Origin: Rhynchopus sp. YZ270_cl-10
Lineage: Eukaryota
Direction of reading: 5' to 3'
NCBI GenBank assembly: GCA_964035575.1
Contig: OZ037836.1
Coordinates: 1,984,001-2,048,000, forward strand
DNA: 64,000 bases
Below are positions 40,884-51,707 of this stretch, piece by piece (the stretch's first letter is position 1; each line of letters opens with the position of its first letter). The notes beneath the pieces were generated by a model that was not told where the DNA came from, searched no databases, and saw nothing but the letters and a program-made list of their open reading frames with translations. Made by a program: the position numbers and the translations under genes.

Positions 40884-42066
40884 AATATTGTTATGAAACT
40901 GGAGATGTTTAGTTGTGCACAGTTGAGGTGATCCAGCGCACACTGTTCCACACGTTTCACACCGTGAAGACGTGTGAAAACATGTGAAAGAAACCATGTG
41001 AAAACACCAAGTTTTTGTTCTGGAGGAATCTACTCAGAGTGCGCGAAGCAGTTTTTCTTTCACTTTCGTACACACTTTTTCACACCGTGAAACCATGTGA
41101 AAATGTGTGAAACCATGTGAAACCAAGTGAAAATGTGTGAAAAGGCGTGAGACTGGATCACCTCAACAGTTCTTTGTACCCTGGCGTGCGTACACTGATG
41201 CAACCAAGCATGTTGTCGTTTTGTACTACGTTAAGACAATAGTGCTTTATTCGGGCATCTCAACTTATTATCTTTGTTTTTTTATAATTTTGATTTCTCT
41301 TGTTCTCTTCTGCGCACGAACAACGTATTTTTGCCCTTTTGCTGCTCGTGCACAACTATGTTTGTGCACGAGAGAGACCTCATGGAGCTTTCAAGGTTTC
41401 GTTCTTTCGTTCAATTGCCCCTTCATTTGTGTGTGGGAATATTTTTGTGTTGCAAGATTAATGTGCAGGGTTGTACCCCTGTAGTCATGATAAAAGCGAT
41501 GACGCCATTGAGCGACTCATAGGCGCATGAGTGATAGACGTTGTCGCTGTGGTATCCCGCCTCGCAGAGGAAGGTGTTTTTTGACACAGCAACTTCGTGA
41601 GTCAGTATCGGTCTGCGAATCAAATTGAAAACGGCGTGTTTGCGCGTCATATCGCAGAGGATAGAGAAACTGAAAAGTCTTGCAAATAACAAAAGTACGG
41701 TGCCAAGTTCACAAGGAACACATAGTGGAGCACATCCTCGGGTGTCCACACGAGTGCAACGAAGCTTCAAAAACAAAACAAAAGACCTCTCCCCTTGTAA
41801 CTGTTTGTTGTCTCTTGCACACCATACACACACTCCCTACCACTTCCCTTCGGACACTTGCCTACACGACTGAGAGAGACATCCCTCCCGTCCCATCACA
41901 GCCTTGCAGCATACAGTTCTGCACACAGAGGTGTCCCCTTTGTCTTACACCTCTATCGTCTCAGTGGCAACATGTCTGCCTTCTTCTTGTCTCCTTCCCG
42001 TTCTGCGAGTTGTGTTTCTTCTTGCCCCACCCAAAACACCTGCACAAAACAGAGAGACACAAAAGC

Positions 42067-43041
42067 ATGGAAATATGTGTGAAGAGCTTTGACGGAGAGA
42101 AGTACACAGTCGAGGTGGGTGTGGATGATACAACTGCGGACATACGGCGGAAGGTGGCGTCTGCAGCAGAGTTGTGCGAAGACGGCTTTGACATGAGCTT
42201 CGGTGGGAAGCTGCTGGCCGAAGGAGACGACACGACGCAGCTGAGTGCTGGGGACACAGTTGTGCTGACGAAGACGAAGTCGCAGAAGGACGACGCCATT
42301 GCAGCTCTTCGTGACTTGGATGAGACAAGGCTGACGTCAGAGAGGTTCAACGGTCTGAGAGATCCCAAGCTGGTTCATTTGTTTCTGCAGGCGGAGGTTG
42401 TTACTGAGATCCCCTATAGCTTCTTGAGAGATGAGACATTCGAAGAACTTGATCTCAGTGGTGTGCCAGGTGTGACTGCAATAGGCCACTCCTTCGTCTT
42501 CAACTGCACTGCGTTGCGCACTGTTGATTTATCTGGGTGGAGCAATGTGGCACATATCGGGCCCTACTTTTTCTCTGACATGCGCGCATTGCAAACACTT
42601 GACTTGTCTGGGTGGAGCAATGTGACGCGTATTGATGTGCACTTCGTCTACAAATGCACGTCACTGACCACACTTGATATTTCTGGGTGGAAGAACCTAA
42701 AGCATATTGGGAGCTCTTTTCTCTGCGACTGCACTGCATTGCGAACCCTTGACTTGTCTGGGTGGAAGAATGTGAGGCTGGTTGATGAGTACTTTCTCTC
42801 CAACTGCACCTCATTGACCACACTGGATATTTCTGGGTGGAACAATGTGACGCAAATAGGATACTATTTCCTCTACAACTGCTGCAGATTGCGAACCCTT
42901 GACATGTCTGGGTGGACGAGTATGCAGCACATAGAATCATACTTCCTGATAGATTGCAATCTACCCACAAGCAGCATCAACGTCACCGGATCGAGCAGTG
43001 TTGTGTCAGAATGTGTGCATGGCATAGCCCTAACCTCGTAG
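42067..43041 (+). CDS. UBL-LRR protein, 324 aa, about 7 LRRs; 1-bp deletion puts the CaaX out of frame
   Basis: Stops at HGIALTS*; the KCVCM codons survive out of frame at 43056-43073. Confidence 0.8.
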   Translation: MEICVKSFDGEKYTVEVGVDDTTADIRRKVASAAELCEDGFDMSFGGKLLAEGDDTTQLSAGDTVVLTKTKSQKDDAIAALRDLDETRLTSERFNGLRDPKLVHLFLQAEVVTEIPYSFLRDETFEELDLSGVPGVTAIGHSFVFNCTALRTVDLSGWSNVAHIGPYFFSDMRALQTLDLSGWSNVTRIDVHFVYKCTSLTTLDISGWKNLKHIGSSFLCDCTALRTLDLSGWKNVRLVDEYFLSNCTSLTTLDISGWNNVTQIGYYFLYNCCRLRTLDMSGWTSMQHIESYFLIDCNLPTSSINVTGSSSVVSECVHGIALTS

Positions 43042-43815
43042 ACGACACCAAGCACAAATGTGTGTGCATGTGAGGCATGTGCATCTTTCGAGAGGCTTGG
43101 CGCTCATTGAGAATGAATTATGCATTGCACGTTGCACTTTGCCCCTACCAAAAATATGGAACAGGAAACGTTTTTTTATGCACAGTTCTTTGCATCCTCG
43201 CGTGCGTACACTGATACAACCAAGCATGTTGTTGTTTTATACTAAGTTAAGACAAATGCTTTGTGGGAAATGATTTGAATGTCTTTTTGTTTTTCTGGAG
43301 ATGACACTTGTGACATATCTTCGGAAATCTTTTAGTATAAATGAAGACGATTCTCGTGCTCCTCACTTCACCCCCACACTATATCAATGCAACATGTTAG
43401 ACCGTTTGGTCTGGGAGGGTTTGGGGTTTCTTCATTCTCTCAGTTCAATCTTGAGTCATTAAGAGAGGTTTGCTATATTTGTCATACCGACCCTCCCCCG
43501 TGAAATTGTCTCCCCCAAAAAAAAACCGGTATTTTGCCCCTACGGACAATTTCAAGGCAGGGGGGGACAATTTCAAGGGAGTCGCGGGGACAACCTTTGC
43601 TCTCCCTTCTTCACACCAAAATGCGGCCACCCCTCTACAGTACGAGAAATTGTCCCCCCTTTTTGCCGTACGTGATATTGTCCCCCCCTCACTTTTTCTC
43701 CCAGGGGGGACAATTTCAAGGGGGAGGGTCGGACAGAAATAATGTTATTTGTCATTGTTTCGCCATTTTTTACTACAACACCTACAACACTACCCGAAGT
43801 ACAGACACCGCAGGC

Positions 43816-46224
43816 ATGCCTAACCAACATGACGCAAATGCCACACCTGTGCCCACCACGCTGCAGACCCTGCGTGAACTTGCCAACGCAGAAACACCTG
43901 CCGCGCACACCCAAGCGCTGAGACATCTGCTTGCCACACCACACAACGCAGGTTCGTGGTGCACTGCTGCAGGAGCGGCTGCCGACGACGCCGCAACGTC
44001 ACGACTCCTGCAATACGTACAGCACAGCACACTGAAGGCCTTCGTCGACGGCGCGTACATACTCCCAGACAACAGCAAGGTCAGCCTCCCAACGGAGCTG
44101 GCAGACGCCGCAGCACACGGCTCCGTCCTGCACACAGCTGCACCTACCCTTCTCAGCTTCGTCAAAGCACGGCAGGCAACAGTCGTGTCGCTCTCTGACC
44201 TCGACGTGCTGAGCTGTGCACAGCAACAGACACCTGCACAACGCGTGAAGATGGCGGTGCTGAACAGCTGCAACGCAACGACACCAGGGGGTGGATACAA
44301 GAAGGGGGCGCCAGGCAATGAAGAGGACCTGCACAGACGCAGCAACGTGTTCTCTTGCCTGGGGGACCCGCAGAAACGCTACTCTGCGCACAAGGCGTGC
44401 ACTTACCCTCTGAATACACCCTGCGCGCTATTCTCGCCACGTGTTGTGGTGGTGCGTGGTGGGGCACAGGAGGGGCACCCTTTCCTGCTCACGCCGTACA
44501 CAGTGAACGTCGTGTCGGCACCACTGCAGGCTACAGACGCGCGGCTTTCAAAGCGCGCCTCAGAAGTATGTGGTGGAAGTGAACACAAAAATCAATCTTA
44601 TTTTTCCTCTCCCCTTTTGTCAGAGTATTCTTCAGTTTCTCTAATAATGTTTTGACCTCGCAAAAGTGAATTGCACTCACGTGAGGAAGATATTCCTGAA
44701 GGTGCGTTTTCGCAGTGCGTCTGTTCAGACCACCTGTTGTTAACCACAAGAACACCACTTTTCAGTCCATTGTTTGCCTCAAAAGCGAACGCAACGATTG
44801 CATGTACCAGCAGTTTTTTCAGGTATTACAGTGAGCGGGCGCGCAAATTATTACGCATCCACTTGCCGTTTGGATAAAGACGAAATGGGTTTGGGGGGAA
44901 GAGTTTAATTCTTGAACGCATCCCCACACTCAGTCACGCGAACCCATTTCTTCTTCTTACGGACAATAGGAGAACTCTTTAGTACACCCAAGAATAGACT
45001 TCCCCACGTGCAAGGTTTCTGATTCGCAACACAAAATACCCTTCACAGAATATGCTTGCAAGCCAGCTGAGGGTTGCGCTGCTAACGTGCGCGAAGTACG
45101 GGTGCAATTGGTTGGTCATCCCCATGATGCGTGGGTTAGCCAGGTGTGTTTCAAAAGCAACAAAAAAAGTAAAAAGTTGATACAAGAAAACAAAACGTTG
45201 CTCTATGTTGATGAAGCGCAATGTACCGACCCTCCTCCCTCCTCTTTGTCCCCCTGGGAGACAAAGAGGAGGGAGGACAATATCTCGTACGTAACAATGT
45301 TAGCAAAACCCTCCACTTCACACGAGACACCCATGGCTCCGAAATTGTCCCCCCCTCTGACCCCCTTGAAATTGTCCCCGCACACACATACACACATACA
45401 GCGCATTCAAGGACGCACTACGGGACAGCGATATATGCCACCTTTTTCAGCGGGTCACCTTCTGCACGCCTGCAGCAGCCGAACCAACGTTTCTCGGCCA
45501 CGTAACAACCCAGACACCACACGACCCGCTCCGACAGGAGTACCTTACTGTGTTCCAACTGCTTCAACCGGACCACACCGCCACCGCCCCCCTCTTCACA
45601 TCCAAGCCCTCCTTGAAACGAAAGCTTCCCGAATCTTTTGATAACCCGCCTTTTGTTGCCCCACGAGAGAGGGCAGACGTGGAGCCGAAGAGAGAGCCTC
45701 AAAGGGAAGGTGGTGGCCTGCATGCCGGATTGTCGCCCTCTGAAGGAAGCAGGGTGAACCTCCGCCGAAGGCTCTGCGAATTGCTCGACAGCGCGCAAGG
45801 TGGTGCGGCGGAACGCTGTGCTGTAGGGGTCGAGGATGCCTTGTATTGTCTGTTTCATGGTGAGGTGAGGGGTGGGGCGTACAAGGCACAGCTGCGTCTA
45901 GTGGTGGCAGGGCTGAAGGATCCAAAGAATGTGGCGTTGAGGGAGGGGCTGTTGAGTGGGAGGACCCCGCCGGCGGCGCTCGCGACGATGCAGGCAGCGG
46001 AGTTCCGCAACCCGGAGCAGTGCGCAGCTGAGGAGGTCATCCGAGCTGAGATGACCGCCGACATGGCTGCCGTGGCTCGCCCCATGCAAGAAACCTCGAT
46101 GTACCGCTGTGGACGCTGCAGAAAGTCGCGGTGCTCCTTCTACGAGATGCAAACCCGCAGTGGTGACGAGCCTATGACGCAATTCATCACCTGCTTGCAC
46201 TGTAACAATAGGTGGAAGATGTAA
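43816..46224 (+). CDS. Three-exon gene (43816-44565, 45049-45143, 45402-46224; 555 aa): TIGR02452/DUF2263 macrodomain fused to TFIIS central domain and Zn ribbon
   Basis: Exon 1 AVLNSCNATTPGGGYKKGAPGNEEDLHRRSN; introns GTATGT..CACAG and GTGTGT..TACAG with matching phases (0 and 2); exon 3 ends CGRC...YEMQTRSGDEPMTQFITCLHC..RWK. Confidence 0.78.
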
Positions 46225-47078
46225 AAAAGAAAGCAAATTGTTGGGATTTTTTCTCAAATTTGTGAGGGGTAAAAGGAGGGAGGGAGGGGTGGGTTGCACG
46301 GGAAACAATTTATATGACAAACAGGTGCAGGGTGGTTCCGTGCTTATCATAGAACCCGGCACCTTTGTGTGTCTTCCAAAAACCAAAAAGCGTTGTGTGC
46401 GAAGTTTTGAAGGAAAAATAAAAACAACTACAAGAAGGGGGCTGAGGTAACGGCAGGCGACGCTTTACTGTTTGTGGTTATTGGATGGCCACTAGAGTAT
46501 TGTATGTCGAAAGGATCTAAGGGGAGGAGGGGCCCGGGAGGGGGGGTTCAGGACAAATACTTTTGTGATGGGAAATGATTCAAACGTCTGAAACGTTTTG
46601 GTTTATTCCCCTTCCCCTTATTGTGTGCTCACCTCATTTCTGTAGTTCAGGACATCAAAAAAACGTATGGCGTGGTATGCAACTAAACAAAGTACCAGCA
46701 GAATGCTTTTATTAGTTCTTTTTTTTTATCTTCAACAATCTCAGGGATTAGGGAGGGGAGGGGAGGGGAACCATTTTTTTAAATCTCAACATTTCATTTC
46801 ATGCATTTTTTTTCGCGGGGGAAACGCGCTACAATTTTGCTAACGTGAAGATGATGCACAACGTGACAAAATACAAAAAATACTTAGCCCCCCCTTTTCG
46901 GGACCCCTTTCCCCCCTTCCCCTTTTCCCACCCATCATCATCCACAGAGCCACACACACCCTCCCCCTAAACAGAGCAAGACAGGTATCTCTTGTAGCCT
47001 CAGTACATAACCCAAACCCAACTCTTCGTTTGTCCTTTTTTTTACACTCAGTTTTGTTTGTTTTTCAAGGCGGGGTAT

Positions 47079-48395
47079 ATGACCAAGCAGCCCCAGATGG
47101 GTGGCACCACAGCTGCAGCAAGCGTGAGCAGCTCTTCCTCTGCTGCTGCTTTCAGTGCGTATCCCGCAGGCGCACAATGGCTTGCGATTGTCCTTGCCTC
47201 GGCAGCCAACTTCGTGAACCAAGCCGACCGTATCGTCATGGCGATCGCCGTAGTACCTATGTCCGCTGAGCTGGGCCTCTCGACACATGACAAGGGGTGG
47301 CTTCTTGCATCGTTCAACTATGGTTATGTCTTGACGCAGGTCTGCGCTGGACCGCTCGCTAAGAAGCATGGTGCGGCCCGTACCCTGGCTGCAGCGCTCT
47401 TTGGGTGGTGTACCCTCACTGTGTTGACACCTACTGCAGCGTCGTATGGGATCACCTTCTTGACGTTGATGCGTGTCTTCATGGGTTTTTGCGAAGGGTT
47501 CTGCTGGCCAGCGTCGTACACATGGTTGACTGATACAGTTGACGCCTCGCGGAGAGGGCGTGCCTTCACGCTGCTCATTGCTGGCGGCAGTGCGGGGCAG
47601 CTTGTTGCGCTGTTGGTGTGCCCGAAGCTGGCGTGGGCAACGATGTTTGTTGCCTTTGGGATGACAGGGTATGCGTGGCTGCTTGCATACTTCCTGTGCA
47701 GCCCTTCCTCACGTCGCGCTTCCGACCCCGAGGTGCGTCTCCGCGACTCAGGCGTGGTGTACCTCCGTATGGTCCAGCACCCCGCCGTCCTTGCCATCCT
47801 CGCTGCGCACTTCACGCATGCATGGGGTCTGCACGTCTTGAACACCTGGCTGCCTACCTACCTCAACACTGTGCACGGTGTAGGAAAAGAAAGGCTATGG
47901 ATCGCAGCCTTCCCGCTGGCAGTTACGACTGTGGTCTCCCCGTTGTACGGTGTCTGGGCGGACCGTCTGGCGCACCGTGGGGTCAGCCTGCTGACGATCC
48001 GTAGGGTGCTAAGCGGAGTAGGTTTTGTTGGCCCAGCAGCATGCTTCGCTGTGCTGCCGTACGCTGAGACGGAGTTCGGCGCTGTTGCGGTGGTTTCAGG
48101 AATCTTCGTAACTGGGGGATGTCTTGGCTCGGGTGTCTTCTCCAACCACGCTGACATCTTACCCGGGCATGCTGGCATGGCCTTCGGCCTAGGCAACACC
48201 CTCGCCACACTTCCCGGTCTCGTTGTCGGGCCTCTCACGGCACACCTCATCGAGACCGAAGGTGTGCATGGGTGGACGTCAGTATTCCATGCGGCTGCCT
48301 TCTTCAATATTGTAGGCGCATTCGTGTACACAAGGTACTGTGAGGTGCTGCCCTTAGAAGGGTTTTCTGGTGCAGTGCAGAAAGGCGAGGAGTAA
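47079..48395 (+). CDS. MFS transporter, anion:cation symporter (SLC17/PHT4-like)
   Basis: NFVNQADRIVMAIA, LASFNYGY, RVFMGFCEG, TWLPTYL, GNTLATLPG motifs; many hydrophobic helices. Confidence 0.9.
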   Translation: MTKQPQMGGTTAAASVSSSSSAAAFSAYPAGAQWLAIVLASAANFVNQADRIVMAIAVVPMSAELGLSTHDKGWLLASFNYGYVLTQVCAGPLAKKHGAARTLAAALFGWCTLTVLTPTAASYGITFLTLMRVFMGFCEGFCWPASYTWLTDTVDASRRGRAFTLLIAGGSAGQLVALLVCPKLAWATMFVAFGMTGYAWLLAYFLCSPSSRRASDPEVRLRDSGVVYLRMVQHPAVLAILAAHFTHAWGLHVLNTWLPTYLNTVHGVGKERLWIAAFPLAVTTVVSPLYGVWADRLAHRGVSLLTIRRVLSGVGFVGPAACFAVLPYAETEFGAVAVVSGIFVTGGCLGSGVFSNHADILPGHAGMAFGLGNTLATLPGLVVGPLTAHLIETEGVHGWTSVFHAAAFFNIVGAFVYTRYCEVLPLEGFSGAVQKGEE

Positions 48396-49149
48396 GATAG
48401 CAGTAGAGGTGGTGAGAGAGAGGGTGGATGGGGGGGGGGAAGGTGGGGAAGGTGGGGGACGTTGCGCCCCAGGTTAGGTGGTTGGTCTGCTTGGTTTTTT
48501 TTTTTTGTGTGAAGAGTGGTGTGCGGGTTGGCAGTTTTTTTTTTTTGGGGGGGGAAACTGCTTTAAATCATCCTGACCGAAGTGTGTGTTGGTACAGTTA
48601 TTGATCGTAAAATTACCCCCCGATTAAAATGTACTTTTTGCCAACATATCATATGAAAGTCAGTGTCTTTATTTTGTGAAAAAATAGGTGTGACTGTCTC
48701 TAAACTACCCAAAATTTACAATTATTTTTGCCAACCTTTTTCCTGTGTGGTGTGTGACTGAGTGTCGGGGATGCGTTCAAGAATTTAAACTCTTCCCCCC
48801 TTTTTCGTCTTTAGTTTTCTTTATCCAAACGGCAAAAGTGGATGCGTAATAATTTGGCTTTTGTAGCTTCGGGGGCTTTCCTCTCGTTTCTTAGTGATAT
48901 GGTCGCAGTGGTAGCTCTACAAAGGAGCCCTTCTTCTTGTCTTTTTAAAGACGTTGTGTGCGTTTGTGTGCGTTCATTTCTCAAGTTTTCTTTTGTTTGG
49001 TTCTCGCGTGAGATGATTCGTTTTTTTACGTTTGAACAGAAGGGGTACCATGGTGTGGCTAAATGGGGGAGCGGAAAAAGTGCTGAAATGTGCGGAAAAA
49101 GTGCGAATCAGCCCCCTTAAGCCACACCATGAATATTTTACGTTGCAAC

Positions 49150-49270
49150 TTGGCAGGTATCCCTCTGCTAAGGCTAAATATCTCCCGGAGACCGATAGCG
49201 AACACAGTACAGTGATGGAAAGATGAAAAAGAACTTTGAAAAAGAGAGTTAAAAGTCCCTGAAACCGATG
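49150..49270 (+). rRNA. Isolated fragment of LSU (28S) rRNA 5' domain, non-functional
   Basis: GCTAAATA...GAGACCGATAGCGAACA.AGTAC.GTGA.GGAAAGATGAAAAAGAACTTTGAAAAGAGAGTTAAA matches the conserved LSU core; no other rDNA nearby. Confidence 0.8.
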
Positions 49271-51707
49271 AGTGATAAGAGTTAGAGGCCCGTTCAAACC
49301 TGCTGCCAAACTTGGTAGTAGGACGTCAGGTCGTATTCGCGGCACCTACCTTGTCTTTGCGTTGCACTGGCAAAAGGCAGACTGAGTGATAAGAGTTAGA
49401 GGCCCGTTCAAACCTTCTCTTTGCGTTTCTGTATCAATGAGGAATGGAATGAAGGGGACCATTATTTTATTTTGATCCCAAAAACCTGTTATGTTCAATT
49501 CATTGAATGCACGGTATTAGGCAATTAGTGTTCTGTTATGACACTCTTTGTGAATGAGGATTGCCCCCCCAGTGAACCAAGTAGGTTTGTAGTCTAGGGG
49601 CAGGGGCCGAAACTAAAGGGGCCCCCCGAATAAGTTCCCCCCCAAATAATAGGCATTTTCCCAAATAACTTCTTTTTTTTCCAGATTTTAGGTGCCGAAA
49701 AAGTTACCGAATAACTTCGCCCCCTTCCACTTCCTTTTTTATTTTTCAAAAATTTCCTCCAAACTGATAGTGTACCCAGTACTACTGTATATTTTTTTTG
49801 CGGAGCAAAAAAAAGCAGAAAAAAATGGCGCCGCAGGCGAAAAAAAATTATGGTACGGTGTTTTTTGCCCAAATAACTTCCCCCCCAAATAACTTCGATT
49901 CCAAATAACTTCTTTTATTCTTCGAGCAACCACCCCCCAAATAAAGAACTTATTCGGGGGGCCCCTTTATTTTCTTTTTGCCTTTCTTTTTCCAGTGACA
50001 TTCCTGCCTGAAATTGTAGAATTTAATTTCTATTTTTTCATCAAAATAATCCCCCCAGTGAACTGTTTGGGACCCCCCGCCTCGCCTGGACAGTTTCCTT
50101 GTGAAATAGCCACACCACCTTCACCGACAAAAAAAAACAAAAAAAAAAAACAAAGATTTTCTGCGTCCAGCAACTTATTTGCGGCAGGCTTGCCTAAGGT
50201 TATGTTTGCAAAGCTAGCCTTTTCTCTTCTGACCTCACCTTACAAATTTTCTTTTGTAATAGGACAAATACTTTGTGATGGTAAATGATTCAAGCGTGTG
50301 AGACTTTTTCGTTTCCTTGCGATGACGTGGGTGGCGTACCAACGAAACAAAGACGAAGTCGGAACCACGTTTTTATTATTATTTTTGTGTTATCAAGCAT
50401 TGACGAATAGAAATGGAAAACGACGGATGGTGCGTGCCCGCTTTAGCGTATTGGTTTTCCACTAACATCACTCACACTCATCAGTGAAAAACACAAACCT
50501 TTTGCGGGTGCGATAAACGAAAAAGTGTTTTCTTTATTTCATTTATGAATCTAACTACTGTCATATCCTGAAGTCGTTTTCTATTTTTTTTTTGTTTGAA
50601 ATTTTTGTTGTCTTAGCATAGACACGAGGAGTGTGCTCCACGAACACAATAAAAACAAAAAATGGGGCCCTGACCTCCCTTCTTGCGTGCAGGTGGATCT
50701 GTATAGAGCCTTTGTGCTTTCTCTTTGTCATGAGAGTACCGTGTTTGGATAAAATATGGATCAGAGTAATTATGGACCTTTCGGGAGGCTTTTTTTTTTT
50801 CTTATGGACCAATTTTTCTCCATATTTTTTTCCGGACACGGAAAGTGAAACTGATTCATTTTTTGTTCTTTTTTGTGTTTACTTGCCACTTGCCTCTCTT
50901 CTCTTTTCTTGTGGTTCCCTCCCTCCCTCCTATTGGAATGTGTGCAGTCGACACAATTACCAGACAGCCCCAGGGTACTGGGGTAAGCTCCTAGGCACGG
51001 TGGTGCGGCCCAGTGGGGTTCGTGACCCGTCCTTACCTGATCGTCTTCTTGAGTGCATCATGTCAGGTGTTGCCTTCGGTGCTAGGAGTTAGTGCCCACC
51101 TGGCATGATGCATGTAGATGCTACAGCGGAAGGTGCAGAATTGCAAAAGGAGGGCAGATAAGGCTGCCTATGTGTATCGATGTTGGCACGCTTCACCTCT
51201 CCCTGTTCACACTGCGGTGTGACGCTTCCACACACACACCATCTCTCTCCTGTTGGGTGGTGTGTTGTGTTGCGGAGCACGATTGGGTGAGTGAACGACG
51301 TGGCACGTTCCGGTCAAAGTAGTGTGCGTAACAAAAAAAATATAGGTATTGATTTGATGAGGATCAGATCGCTTGATTTCCACGCGAGGGTGCGTTATGT
51401 CCTGAAGCAAGAGAATCTAGGCACATCTTACAAAATGACATAAAAACTGTTGTATAAAGGAAAACTGCTGCGTGTTGTGCTTGCTTTCCCTCCACAAAAA
51501 AAAAATCAACAAAAAAAAAGTACAGATCCTGCAATAGCAGGTGATTGTCGACACAACAACAAAAAAAAATCAATGTCGTTACAAAAGAATCCCCGCAAAA
51601 TCCCTATATCATTTTCCTTACACGCACATTTCTTTCCCCACACCTTCTCCACATCAACAATATTAGTGCCACAACAAAGGGAAAAACCTCGGGAAAACAG
51701 CAAACAA

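Noticed and set aside
45550..46224. Stand-alone TFIIS gene starting at GTG 45550
   Set aside because: The frame stays open upstream to a splice acceptor at 45401; better explained as exon 3 of the fusion gene
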